Below, piece by piece: positions 12,443 through 24,599 of a stretch of DNA of 64,000 bases; position 1 is the stretch's first letter, and every line of letters begins with the position of its first letter. This DNA is from Macrostomum lignano (taxonomy: Eukaryota), in contig NIVC01001052.1 of assembly GCA_002269645.1 (NCBI GenBank), positions 1-64,000 on the forward strand. Reading direction: 5' to 3'. The notes below the pieces were generated by a model that made no database searches, was not told the origin of the DNA, and was given only the letters and a program-made list of their open reading frames with translations. Position numbers and translations under genes: made by a program.

Positions 12443-13980
12443 ATGTGCTCAACAACCAAGCCGCTGGAGCAGATGTCACAAACGCTTCAATCTAGCGTCA
12501 GTCGAATCTGTTCGAAGCACTTCGAATTCGAAGAATGCCTAACCATTATCGGGGCTATTTGTATTAACATAGACAATGCCCAGTCCGATGTGCTGATTAA
12601 GTTCAATGAGTGCATTACTAAAGCGGACTTATACAGGATGGCTAGGGAAGACAACTCTGGCGGCAATGAGTACGCTGCTGTAGCTGAGAAAATCGTACTT
12701 AGCTCGCAATTGTTAGCCGCTATTCAACAAGCTCAAGCTGACCAGCCTGCAGAGACTGCTTCGAATAGTAATACTAATAGTAGTAATAAGCGAAAGCGGA
12801 AGCGGTCCAACCCACATAGGCGCAAACAGCAGCAGCAGCTGGTTGTGCTCAACCATCACGCCGATGTGTCTGGCAGCGACGGTCTTGACGATGGCGACCT
12901 TGACGACGATGATGAGGCTAATAATGATGTCGAAGAGGAGGAGGCTGATTGCCAAGCGGCTGTTGATCGGCAGCAATTTGAATATGATGCAGATGAGCAC
13001 GAATCTGATGGAGAATTGTCCCCGGCTGGGCAGCTGCAGATGAATCTGGAGGCTCCGCCTGTTGAAGATGCCGCCAATATTGACGAAGTTGACGCTGCCG
13101 CTGTTGAATTGGAACAGCGGGCCCAGCGAATTGGCAATGGCAGAGCCAGAGCTGGTCCTATGGCTATCCGGTTGATTGATGACCACAGGAATGATAAAAA
13201 TGGCGACAATGACGATGATATTGAGTACCTGGGCGAGTCTGTTGACGATACTAAAGCTGGATTCTATCCGAGTGAGTTCGAGCTGCTTTTTCATTGTGTG
13301 CTCACTGCTCAGAGATGCTTCTTTCTGTCTATTAGTTTAATTAGAGTCTGACATGTCTTCAATTAGAGTCTGACATGTCTTCAATTAGAGTCTGACATTT
13401 CTTCAATTAGAGTCTGACAGTGTCTTCAAGAGTCTGACAATATCTTCATTTAGACTCTGACCTACATGCCTCCGTGTTTCCAGCCATTCTGCTGCAGCCT
13501 CCGGCAGCTGCGGCCCCTACTTCATCTGCAGCGCAGCAGTCGGCCACATCAGCGGGTAACTGTTCAATCATTCGGCTGCAGCAGCCGCAGCCGCCCCAGC
13601 CGAGCATCAAGCTGACGCTGTCTCTCGGCGACTTAGGCGGAATTGGAGGCGTGGCCGGTGCTGCCGGCGGAGGAGGCGGGGGTGTGACAACCCCGGCAAC
13701 CGCCGAGTGCGACCTGCGCGCATTGAACAACCAATTAAAAGGCGCATTGGGCACGAAAGTGTTTAAATGCGCCTATTGTGGCAAATCGTTTAATAGGAAA
13801 TTCTGTTTAGAGCGGCACGAACGGCTGCACACTGGCGTCCGGCCGTACGCCTGCCAGATCTGCGGTGAACGGTACATCCGGCTTGAGGATCAGAAACGGC
13901 ACATGCGCAGCGCTCATCCGCACGATTTCATGAACTATATGGACGAGGAGGAGCTGCCTACGACCACTTCTCCTGTTTGA
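12443..13980 (+). CDS. C2H2 zinc-finger protein, 2 coding exons (12443-13271, 13484-13980), 441 aa
   Basis: Phase-1 intron CCGA|GTGAGT...TTCCAG|CC keeps the frame; two fingers CAYC..H..LH-TGVRP-CQIC..H...AH; acidic low-complexity middle. Confidence 0.88.
13339..13460. repeat. 22-bp minisatellite (AATTAGAGTCTGACATGTCTTC) in zinc-finger intron
   Basis: About 5 tandem units seen directly. Confidence 0.9.
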
Positions 13981-14044
13981 ACTGTTATTAGTGTATGTAA
14001 GCAGTATGTTTTTAGCCTAACATTTAATATTTTTCATATGAGAC

Positions 14045-14490
14045 TTGGAGTAGCTTCTCAACATCTCCCTTAATTAGAGATTGAGTAGCTTCTCAACATC
14101 TCCATCAATTAGAGATTGAGTAGCTTCTCAACATCTCCCTCAATTAGAGATTGAGTAGCTTCTCAAGATCTCCCTCAATTAGAGATTGAGTAGCTTCTCA
14201 AGATCTCCCTCAATTAGAGATTGAGTAGCTTCTCAACATCTCCCTCAATTAGAGATTGAGTAGCTTCTCAACATCTCCCTCAATTAGAGATTGAGTAGCT
14301 TCTCAAGATCTCTCTCATATAAGAGATTGAGTAGCTTCTCAACATCTCCCTCAATTAGAGATTGAGTAGCTTCTCAACATCTCCCTCAATTAGAGATTGA
14401 GTAGCTTCTCAACATCTCCCTCAATTAGAGATTGAGTAGCTTCTCAACATCTCCCTCAATTAGAGATTGAGTAGCTTCTTAACATCTCTA
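14045..14490. repeat. 35-bp minisatellite (CAATTAGAGATTGAGTAGCTTCTCAACATCTCCCT) just 3' of the stop codon
   Basis: About 12-13 tandem units seen directly. Confidence 0.95.
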
Positions 14491-15364
14491 GCTACTTCTC
14501 GATGTCCCCATGACAACACTCGAGTTGGTGCTCAATGTCCAGATGTCTTGATTAAAGTATAAATTAAACGTTTCTGTTACAGTCCTGTAGTTAAAATTAA
14601 TTTGTTATAACTATTCCTTATCTGTACATAGTAATGTGTTTTAGCCTGTACATTAAGCTCACTGTGCATTGTCATGTAACTGTTATGTTTTAACTTGCAC
14701 AATCAATCAGTAAACTGGGCTCCTTTGCCCATCTTCTGTCAAAAATAAACCGTATAACAGTTAGTTTTTGTTTATCATGTCAGTTTATTTTGTTTTTAGC
14801 TTTATTTGCACTGTAAACTACATTGTCAATGCTTGATAGGACAGAGCTAAGATTCCTCCTTTGTTCCGCTTACATTAATAAATGAACCCAGAAAAACTTT
14901 ATTTATTCAATTTTCCAATTTGTCCTAGTCACCTGGTTGATTTTGGTTTGATTTCAATTTCTCTTTGTAAAAAATCAATTATCGTTGCTTCTAAACGAAA
15001 ATATCTGCTTTTTATAAAATGTGTTCTTGAACTAGCATTAGCTAATGCTTATATCCGCTCATTATTAACAGTGTACAGTTTCTGCCCCGCTTTATTTTAA
15101 AGTTTTTTGCTTGTGCTGCTTTTTTCACCCGAAAGCAACATTTCTGCTTCTGCTTCATCAAATAAATATAAAGCAGCTGGACAGATTTTGTTCACTTCCG
15201 CTTTGCTGGCCATCGTTACACGGTAGTAGTCCTTGGTGACTCTTAACTAGTGATCGCTGGACAAGTGGTATATAGACAATTTGTCACTAATTTTGCACAG
15301 TAAGTTAAGTTAAGTCGGCAGCGGTTAGTACGGAATAATAACAATTGGATTAAACATAACTTGG

Positions 15365-15549
15365 GGTGGGGGTCGCCACACACCCTCAATTACCCCAGCT
15401 AATGCTGGCACCCATTTTAAAGCTGGGCGAACTGAAGCAATGCAGAGTTAAGTGTCTTGCTGAAAGACACAAATTGTTCCGATTGGGTCGAGAATCGAAC
15501 CCCCGACCTTTCAGTCGTGAGTCCGACGCTCTAACCTTTAAGCTACAGA
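15365..15549 (-). mobile_element. tRNA-derived CORE-SINE (3'-truncated)
   Basis: B box GGTTCGATTC and CORE-like block on minus strand; homologous to four other copies. Confidence 0.85.
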
Positions 15550-15764
15550 GTTAAATGTACATGCAAGGTTTGAACCCAAGCTAGAAAATGTCTCTATCAA
15601 AATGTTTGATTTATTTGCAGAAAAAAATTCGTTAACAATTTCTGTGCTTTTATTTTTTGTGTATAAAAAACAGCGCGTGCAATACACTACTGAAACAGAT
15701 GCTGCAGTAGCAACTGTGGAGTTTTATATTCCATTTACTCGTACGCTAATAATTCTTATACTGC

Positions 15765-18700
15765 TCAAAATGTTTTGAGCACTTTCTGGCCCTGACCGCG
15801 TCGGATGTCACTTTGCAGCGCGTTGACCCGCTGGTGCTGCTGGATGGCGCCGTCCAGTTCCTGGAGCTCGCTTTTCAGGCTCTCATTTAGCCGGTTCACG
15901 TCCTGCACCGGAGCTGCGGGGTAGTGGGGAATATGGACAGTTTAGTCTGTGCGCATGTAGGATGGGTTTCCCCTTTTGACTGGCGCCATTTCCCTCTTGA
16001 CTGGGCGCCATTCCCCCTCTTGACTGGCGCCATTTCCCTCCTGACTGGGCGCCATGTGCCTCTTGACTGGGCGCCATTTCTCTCTTGACTGGGCACCATG
16101 TCCCTCTTGACTGGGCGCCATTTCTCTCTTGACTGGGCACCATGTCCCTCTTGACTGGGCGCCATTTCTCTCTTGACTGGGCGCCATTTCTCTCTTGACT
16201 GGGCGCCATGTCCCTCTTGACTGGGCGCCATTTCCCTCTTGACTGAGCGCTATTTTCCCTTTGGGTGCTATTTCTCCTTTGACTGGGCGCCATTTTGCTT
16301 TTCACTTGGCGCCATTTCCCTCTTGACTGGGCGCCATTTCCTTCGACTTGACGCCATTTCCCCTTTTGACTGGGCGCATTTCCGCTGTGCTACAAAGGCC
16401 CCCATTTCCTAGAATCAGAACTGCATGCACTAAAAATGCATCATATATCTGCAGGCTTCCTCACCAGCCTGAGCTGCTGGGCCAGCCCTTCTACGCGACT
16501 CGCCAGCAGCAGCAGCAGCCGGTCCCACAGTTCGGCCATTCGAGTTGGTGCCGTGAGCAGCGGCGGCCGCCTGTCTGAATCGGCCCCTGTAGGTGGCCTC
16601 CCCCGGTTTCGGGATGTAGAGTGGAAATTCCGCCTGCGGCGGGGCTACTGCGTGGTGGTGGGGCTGCTGGATCTGCATCATCGGTGGAGCCTGCGCCGGA
16701 ACTTGAGCAGCATAGTAAACTGGATGACTCTGCGGAGTGTTGTAATTACTGTAGGCCGCATTCTGCTGGGCATCAGACGATGGTGAATAGTATTGAATTG
16801 GCTGTTGTTGCTGCTGCTGCTGATGGCCATGGATTTGTCGTTGAGATGGCGGCGTTGGAAACGCGCGCTTGCGCTGCTGCTGCTGCTGCTGTTGCTGCAC
16901 TGCTAGTGGCGACACTCGCTGACGCTGCTGCTGCGGCTCCAGCGGAATTGGAGGCAGCACTGTGTCCGCGGTTGATGCAACTGCCGAGCCAGATGTTGAA
17001 GCTTGCGGCTGCTGCTGCGGACGGCCCTGCTGCTGATGGGTGGTGGATGCCCGACTGTCTGGATTCGACACAACGTACAGCGGCTTTTGTTGCTGCTGCT
17101 GCTGCTGCTGCTGCTGTTGCTGCTGACGCTGGATTCGCTGAAGCCGTTCAGCGAGTCGTCTATTTTCTCTGGCCAGCAGATCCTGCGAAGTGTTACATAT
17201 ACAGGCGTGTACACCCTCTCTTTGCAACTCGTGGGTTGGCTCTCGTGACTCGCACACACACTCGCACACTCGCATTGAACCAGGGGGTTTTGGCTGAGCT
17301 CATTGGCAGTTGAGCAACCGACTGCTCAGCTACAGCTATTGCGCGGCGCATCCGAAGGCTGTGTACAGCTGTTCAGTCCACGGACTGGGGGGGTCGCCAC
17401 ACACACTCAATTACCCCAGCTAATGCTGGCACCCATTTTACAGCTGGGTTAACTGAAGCAATGCTCAAGGACATAAATTGTTCTAAGTGGGATCGGGAAT
17501 CGAACCCCTGACCTTCAAGTCGTGAGTCCGACGCCCTAACGACTGGGCTACAACCCATTTTCGAAATATCGTATCAAATTAAGCCAGAAGACTTCACACA
17601 CAACTGCAGAAAATATTTCACCTGCTCTTGCAGCCGATCGCCTTGGCTCTTCACCAGGCCGAGGTTCTCAGTGCGCAGGGACTCGTTCTCCTGCATGTAC
17701 TCTTGCAGCATCTCGTAGAGGCTCTGGTAGCTGCCCTTCGACACTGGCCTCTGCTGCTGCTGCGACGGCGCTGCGGGCTTGACTGTTGAAGTCGCCGACT
17801 GCGGCGGCAGCGGCGGGAGAGACGCCGACGCGGCCGATTCCGACGCCGTCTTCAGTCGGTCCCGAAGGCCGGAATTCTCCGACTTCAGAGCGTCGACTTC
17901 GGAGCGCAGCGAATCGACCAAGCGCTCGAGCTCCTGGCGCTTCTCGTCCACGGCTGGAGCTGCGGTCTCTCTGGCGACCACCGAGGCATTGACAGCTGGC
18001 GGCTTCTTCAGCTGGTCACCGTTCTGGCGATGCGATGCCGACGACGGCAGCTCAGCAGAGTTGCTGCTGGCGATCTGCAAGGGTGGGGAGTTGAACTCGG
18101 GTGTTAGTTGGACTGGAACAGGTCCTAGCTAATGGAAATATGACAGGTTTTGAATATTTTGCCAGCGAAGCGCCCCCCCCCCTCTGTAGCTGGCGCCCCC
18201 CATGTAGCTGGCGCCCCCCTCTGTAGCTGGCGCCCCCTATGTAGCTGGCGCCCCCCTCTGTAGCTGGCGCCCCCTCTGTAGCTGGCTCCCCCCTCTGTAG
18301 ATGGCGCCCCCCATGTAGCTGGCGCCCCCCTATATACATGCAGCTGGCGCTCCCTCTGTAGCTGGCGCTCCCCTTCTGTAGCTGGCGCCCCCTCTGTAGC
18401 TGGCGCCCCCTCTGTAGCTGGCGCCCCCCTCTGTAGATGGCGCCACCTCTGTAGATGGCACCCCCTCTGTAGCTGGCGCCCCCTCTGTAGCTGGCGCCCC
18501 CCCTCTGTGGCTGGCACCCCCCTCTGTAGCTGGCGCCCCCCTCTGTAGCTGGCGCCCCCTCTGTAGCTGGCGCCCCCTCTGTAGATGGCGCCCCCTCTGT
18601 AGCTGGCGCCCCCTCAGTAGCCGGCGCCCCAAAAAGAATCTGTACAATGTAAAAGAGGGTCGTGTCCTTCTTTAAAAGTGCCCAGATAACTGACAGATAA

Positions 18701-21700
18701 AAAGCATCACCATGAGGGAGGCGCCATTGGCTGCCAGAGTGCCGGCCAGCAGCCGTGTCAGCTCCTCATCAACGACAGGATTTGATCCGCCGGCGCCGCC
18801 GCCGCCGCCGCGAGCAGCCAGGGCTGACAGACCCCTGCTGAGGGCCTGCAGGTTGGGAGTCGTTTGGCCATCGTCTGCTGCTGAGGGGAATTGAGAAGTA
18901 AGAGCTGTTAACTATATGGCTCTTCTATTGGCAATTAAATCCAGCTTATATCAGTTCGGATAGTGCATTTAATGAGTGTCTAGATTTTGATCTGAGTTCT
19001 ATTCTGAGTTCTATCTTTTGATCTGAGTTCTATTCTGAGTTCTATCTTGAGTTCTATTCTGAGTTCTATTCTGAGTTCTATCTTGAGTTCTATCTTGAGT
19101 TCTCTTCTGAGTTCTATCTTGAGTTCTATTCTGAGTTCTATTCTGAGTTCTATCTTGAGTTCTATCTTGAGTTCTATTCTGAGTTCTATTCTGAGTTCTA
19201 TTCTGAGTTCTATTCTGAGTTCTATCTTGAGTTCTATCTTGAGTTCTATTCTGGGTTCTATTCTGAGTTCTATCTTGAGTTCTATTCTGAGTTCTATTCT
19301 GAGTTCTATCTTGAGTTCTATCTTGAGTTCTATTCTGAGTTCTATTCTGAGTTCTATTCTGACTTCTATCTTGAGTTCTATCTTGAGTTCTATTCTGGGT
19401 TCTATTCTGAGTTCTATCTTGAGTTCTATCTTGAGTTCTATTCTGAGTTCTATTCTGAGTTCTATCTTGAGTTCTATTCTGGGTTCTATTCTGAGTTCTA
19501 TCTTGAGTTCTATCTTGAGTTCTATTCTGAGTTCTATCTTGAGTTCTATCTTGAGTTCTGTTCTGAGTTCTATCTTGAGTTCTATCTTGAGTTCTATTTT
19601 GAGTTCTATCTTGAGTTCTATTCTGAGTTCTATCTTGAGTTCTATCTTGACTTCCATTTGGAGTTCAATTTGGAGTTCTATCTTGAGTTCTATCTGAAAT
19701 TCTATCGTGAGTTCTATTTGGAGTTCTATCCACATGTAGGGCTCCATATTGAGTTATATCTATACAGTTTTATACAGAGTTATATTCTAAATTATGTTGC
19801 AATTCTTAATGAGAATATTATCAAGAAATAGAAAAAAATATATTTTAAAATATGATGCCATAAATTGCACTAATTGTGAAGTTCGTAAAATTTTCAATGG
19901 CATTCAAATTACTATCATTGAAACAAATAGTTTCAACTTTTTTATTACACGTGTCTCATTTAGGCCAGATGTGCAACCGACAGCTCAGCCGCAGCTTTGC
20001 GCGGCGCATCTGAAGACTGCGTACGGCTGTTCAGTCCAGACTGGGCCGGGGTCGCCACACACACCCTCAATTACCCCAGCTAATGCTGGCACCCATTTTA
20101 CAGCTGGGTGAACTGAAGCAGTGCACAGAGTTAGGTGTCTTGCTCAAGGACACAAATTGTTCCTCGAGTGGGATCGGGAATCGAACCCCCGACCTTCAAG
20201 TCGTGAGTCCAATGCTCTAACCACTGTGCTGCAACCCTCTCTTCTACTGCTAAGCATCCATGACTTAATTAAGTGTTAAACCAACTTTAACTCATAGCAA
20301 AGTGAATAAGTACAACTGAAGGGATGAGCAGTTAAAGGAAAAAATTTGCATGTGAAATTTCATTATTAGTTGGCTCTTATAAATTACTCGCAGAGAAAAT
20401 TGAGAAGAAAATTTGCATCCCATCGGGCACTGCTGAGAACTGAGAGTTTAAAATCTCAAGTGATCAGTGTGCTTAAAGGACAGGCATGTACTTTTTATTC
20501 GGGATTTTCAGCTCATTTACAGTCTGCTACAAGCGTACTTTTTTATCCTAGGGCCTAAACCGTAGACAAATTGTTTTGTAAAGTTTTGTGCAGCCACTCG
20601 GCTTAACTTCGCAACTATTCCTTTTTACGTTCTATTTGATAAAAACTGCAACCAATTTGGCCACGGCTCAGCCTGACGCAGCCGCAGCAATTTTCCATAG
20701 ACAGCCACCGCTAGCGGCAACCAATTTGGCAAAAACTGCGAGCCATTTTGCCAGCTTGAAGATGGCAGCTCAATAGCTCATAACAATAACGATAAAGAAT
20801 GTTAACAATACATGCACGAAGTCAGAACATTATGTCCTCAGCATTCAAGCACTGATTGAAGTACGTCTGGGAATGGTTGATCCAGCGCAGGCACTTGAGA
20901 GGCGTGATGCAGTTCAGTGCTTGCTGCACTTCTCTCTTCAGAATGCGCATCCTGTGCTGATGCAGTGTCGCACCTGCTGCAGCAGCCAGTCCAGTATCTG
21001 CCACCTCGAGCTGAATGGCAGGTGATTGCAATTGCGTTTTCAGCTTGGCCTTCAGCGCTGAGCCTGCGTACTCCGCCGGGTTGATGAACGGCGAGTATGG
21101 AGGCAGGAATCGGTGAGCATGACCTTCAGACATCCCAGGGACACCTAGGTGAGCGCGAGCCCCATCGGACAGTAGCACAAACTCCTCTTCCATCAGAACA
21201 TCGATCTCAGAGAGGAATTCCATGAAGTGCTCGTTCTTAAAGCCTCCTTCGACGAGAGTGCTGTGAATCAGGCCGAGTTGCGAGATGGCCAGGCAGATGG
21301 TGAGATTCTGCCCACGCTGTCCGCTGACGAGAGTCACAGCTGGGAGCCCCTTCGCTGAGCGGCCTTGAGTCCTCGCCGTCCAGATGTTCACCCCAAACTC
21401 GTCCATGAAGATGGTGTTCACCTGGCTTCCCTCGTCCAGCATCCATTCAACGTGCATCCTTCGCGCCTCCTTTGTAACAGGCATGTTCCAGTTCACAGGT
21501 ACCTGGCGCAGTAACTTCAGGGTGATGAGGCAACCATCCAGAGCACGACTGATAGTGGTCAGACTCACGTTGGCAACGTCATTGTGTTGGTGCAGCAAGT
21601 GCTCTCTCATTTGTTGCAGCGTCGCAGTAGGTTGACCTTCGACGAATTGAACAATGGTGTCCACCATAGCCTCCGTCAGCGCCATCGTCTTCACTCCTCC

Positions 21701-23931
21701 TTTTGGCAGAGTGCCAACTCTACCAGTTCATTCATATGTGGTCACGATGTTCCTCACTGTCGGTTTCTTCATCCCCATCATTCTGCCAAGCTCTCCCCAG
21801 TCGTCGCCACTCCTGTACGCTCTCACGATTCGCTCTCGATCCAGCTGACTTATCTTTTGGTACGGCCCACGATTCGCCATCAGAGCAGCTGCTATCTTCA
21901 AGCTGGCAAAATAGCTCGCAGTTTTTACCAAATTGGTTGCCGCTAGCGGTGGCTGTCTATGGAAAATTCTATGTCTATGGTCAGGCTGAGCCGTGGCCAA
22001 ATTGGTTGCAGTTTTTATCAAATAGAACGTAAAAAGGTATATTTTCAACATTTTTAGTTGTCCTTGACTGGATCAGGGAAGCCTCTATGGTCGCTGCGCT
22101 CCCCAGGAAGGGACACTCACCGGGAGCGCAGCGACCATAGAGGCTTCCTGGACTGGATCCTTACCATAGAAATTTGAGGGGATGTCCTTGCCACTTCGCG
22201 AGTCAACAAACGACAGTCGGCCCTGACGGGTGAGAAATCTGCGTCGGCCGCTGCCGTCTGGACTGGGCTGGCTGCTGTCCATCAGCATGAGGAACAGGCT
22301 GTTGCGGTCACCGGCTGTCGGGCTGGAGGCCAGGCCTGTGGACAGGTTGAGGTCGGGTTGCGTTGAGTCTTTGAGTAGGATCATCGAGCTTCAAGCTTCA
22401 TGATCGGTGAGCTTCAAGCTTCAGGATCAGTGAGCTTCAAGCTTCAGGATTGGTTAGCTTCAAGCCTCAGCATAAGTAAGCTTCAAGCTTAAGGATCGGT
22501 GAGCTTCAAGCTTCATGATCAGTGAGCTTCAAGCTTCAGGATCAGTGAGCTTCAAGCTTCAGGATCAGTGAGCTTCAAGCTTCATGATCGGTGAGCTTCA
22601 AGCTTCAGGATCAGTGAGCTTCAAGTTTCAGGATCAGTGAGCTTCAAGCTTCAGGATTGGTGAGCTTCAAGCTTCAGGATCAGTGAGCTTCAAGCTTCAG
22701 GATCAGTGAGCTTCAAGCCTCAGCATAAGTAAGCTTCAAGCTTCAGGATCAGTGAGGTTCAAGCTTCAGGATTGGTGAGCTTCAAGCTTCAGGATCAGTG
22801 AGCTTCAAGCTTCAGGATCAGTGAGCTTCAAGCTTCAGGATCAGTGAGCTTCAAGCTTCAGGATTGGTGAGTTTCAAGCTTCAGGATCAGTGAGCTTCAA
22901 GCTTCAGGATCAGTGAGCTTCAAGCTTCAGGATCAGTGAGCTTCAAGCTTCAGGATCAGTGAGCTTCAAGCTTCAGGATCAGTGAGCTTCAAGCTTCAGG
23001 ATCAGTGAGCTTCAAGCTTCAGGATCAGTGAGCTTCAAGCTTCAGGATCAGTGAGCTTCAAGCTTCAGGATCAGTGAGCTTCAAGCTTCAGGATTGGTGA
23101 GTTTCAAGCTTCAGGATCAAAGGATCAGGATCTAAAAAAAGTCAGATTTTACGAACCTTCGTCCAAAGTTGCTGGCGCCTCAATCCTGTCAACGCTCCAG
23201 CGAAACGGCCCCAACAAATGGCCAGAGTCCAGTCGCAAATAGCCAGCGTGAACCTCCTTGGGCACGGCTGGCGAGATGCCGGGCTGTCCCAGTGCCGGCT
23301 GCAACGGCGCAGGAGGTGCAGGAGGAGGCGGCGGCGGCGGAGGAGGCTGCGCAGCAGGCTGATGAGGCAAAAGGTTTGCCAGCTGGTTGCCACCCTTACG
23401 GATGGAAAAATTTTGACCGCTCTCCGTTACGGCAGGAGCTGCTGTTGTTGATGCCGCTGCTGCCGGACCGTCTTGAACAGCTGACCGTCTGGCTGAGAAG
23501 CTTTGAGACGGTTCTAAACTGTCTCGAAATTTTGGCGTCTCAGCGTCTTCTTCAGCCTCATCATCGTAGCTGGCCCATCTATTAGAGTCTGACGGAGGCT
23601 GACGGACCAGTCGAGAGCCGAGCCGCTCAACAAATTGTTCTTCTGGGTCTTCTTCGCGTTGTTGTTGTTGTTGTTGTTGTTCTTGTTGCTGCTGCTGCTG
23701 CTGTTGCTCCCTCTGAGTGAGAAACATTCGATAGGACTCGTTCTCAGCATCACCCGATGCACGAATCGATTGTCTCGACTGCTGCTGCTCAGCCTTCTCC
23801 TCTTCATCAATGACATCGTCCTCTTCAAGGCCCTCCCAGCGACCGGGGTCAGCAGCAATGCTGATCCTGTTGTCGGCCGCGGTGGACAAGAAGTCGCCGC
23901 TGAGAGCGGCGCCATCATCGGCGGCTTGCAT
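15765..23931 (-). CDS. Uncharacterised polyQ/low-complexity coiled-coil protein, 6 exons (23157-23931, 22165-22368, 18711-18880, 17622-18074, 16465-17182, 15765-15913), 822 aa
   Basis: All five introns are GT-AG with matching phases (1,1,0,0,1); total 2469 nt = 823 codons; heptad segments such as ELERLVDSLRSEVDALKSEN and LYEMLQEYMQENESLRTEN. No family recognised. Confidence 0.75.
15975..16378. repeat. 22-bp intronic minisatellite (GACTGGGCGCCATTTCCCTCTT)
   Basis: About 18 tandem units. Confidence 0.95.
17300..17556 (-). mobile_element. CORE-SINE copy (intronic)
   Basis: tRNA-like head, CORE block and shared 3' region. Confidence 0.9.
18172..18630. repeat. 19-20-bp intronic minisatellite (CTGTAGCTGGCGCCCCCCT)
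   Basis: About 23 tandem units with variable C-run. Confidence 0.95.
19005..19735. repeat. 12-bp intronic minisatellite with two alternating variants (GAGTTCTATCTT / GAGTTCTATTCT)
   Basis: About 60 units; degenerate at the right edge. Confidence 0.95.
19962..20238 (-). mobile_element. CORE-SINE copy (intronic)
   Basis: Near full length; CCCATTTTACAGCTGGGTGAACTGAAGCA...CTTGCTCAAGGACACA...GGAATCGAACCC. Confidence 0.9.
20620..22037 (-). mobile_element. IS630-Tc1-mariner DNA transposon with ~150-bp TIRs
   Basis: TIRs 20620-20772 and 21885-22037 (CCTTTTTACGTTCTATTTGATAAAAACTGC...); TA flanks the right end, TT the left; encloses a transposase. Confidence 0.9.
20822..21880 (-). pseudogene. DDE_3-type transposase (352 aa) with one in-frame TGA
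   Basis: ATG at 21880; HTH-like N-terminus; TGA at 21728-21730 is the only interruption; motifs IFMDEFG, LSDGARAH, LPPYSPFINPAE. Confidence 0.88.
22075..22150. mobile_element. 76-bp foldback micro-element with 9-bp direct repeat (MULE-like TSD)
   Basis: Perfect 27-bp inverted repeat (22077-22103 / 22122-22148), 18-nt loop, flanked by GACTGGATC at 22066-22074 and 22151-22159. Confidence 0.7.
22386..23118. repeat. 23-bp minisatellite (GAGCTTCAAGCTTCAGGATCAGT) filling a 788-bp intron
   Basis: About 32 units; occupies over 90% of intron 22369-23156. Confidence 0.95.
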
Positions 23932-24599
23932 GGTTCAGCTGTCTGTCTGTTTAGTTGGACTCAGGCTACAGTTTTCTGTCGTTCTTGCTGGGAGAGTGTG
24001 GAATATTGCGATGAGCTAGCTCAGTTGCCAGGAAGCGATCAGAGCCAGTTGGGGGGCAGTGTGCAGTGCTCAGTGCTCAGTGTTCGCAGTGCTGATGCGG
24101 AGAGGAGATTGAAGAGAACTGAGTGCACACAATAGCCGCTGTGCCTGGCTGTAAGAGAGTTTGCTTTTGGATAGTGCCCCGTTGGTTCTTTTCCTACCTT
24201 CTCTTCTGGGCGCCTCTTTAGACTCTGGCTGTAGACGCAGGTAAGAATGAGCGCTATTTTGCTGTCCCTGTCTATCTTCTTTTATGGCTTGGTCAATGGC
24301 AGCTAGGTGCACAGTCGTTGTCTGAAAAGCTATTAACCCGTGTTTAAACCTTTCCAATCTCTACGTAAGCTCTCACCTGCCCCGTGTCTCTCTCTGTTCA
24401 TTTCTGAGCCAAATGCACAAATATCTCTCTGTCATGGTGCACGATTGCCGAGATAGACTTCAAAACCAATTCCTTTCTCGAATGAGCGTGAGCTTGAGCT
24501 GTTTTTTCTCTGGTTGCTAGGAGAGGGGCAGCATCAACGGTTAATGCTGCTCTTTTTATTTGCGGTCCGAAATTTCAGACTGGGATTCTTACATCCCAG

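Noticed and set aside
20388-20439. Possible 52-nt micro-exon in the coiled-coil gene
   Set aside because: Only needed if the 22121 donor were used; the stronger in-phase donor at 22164 makes it unnecessary.
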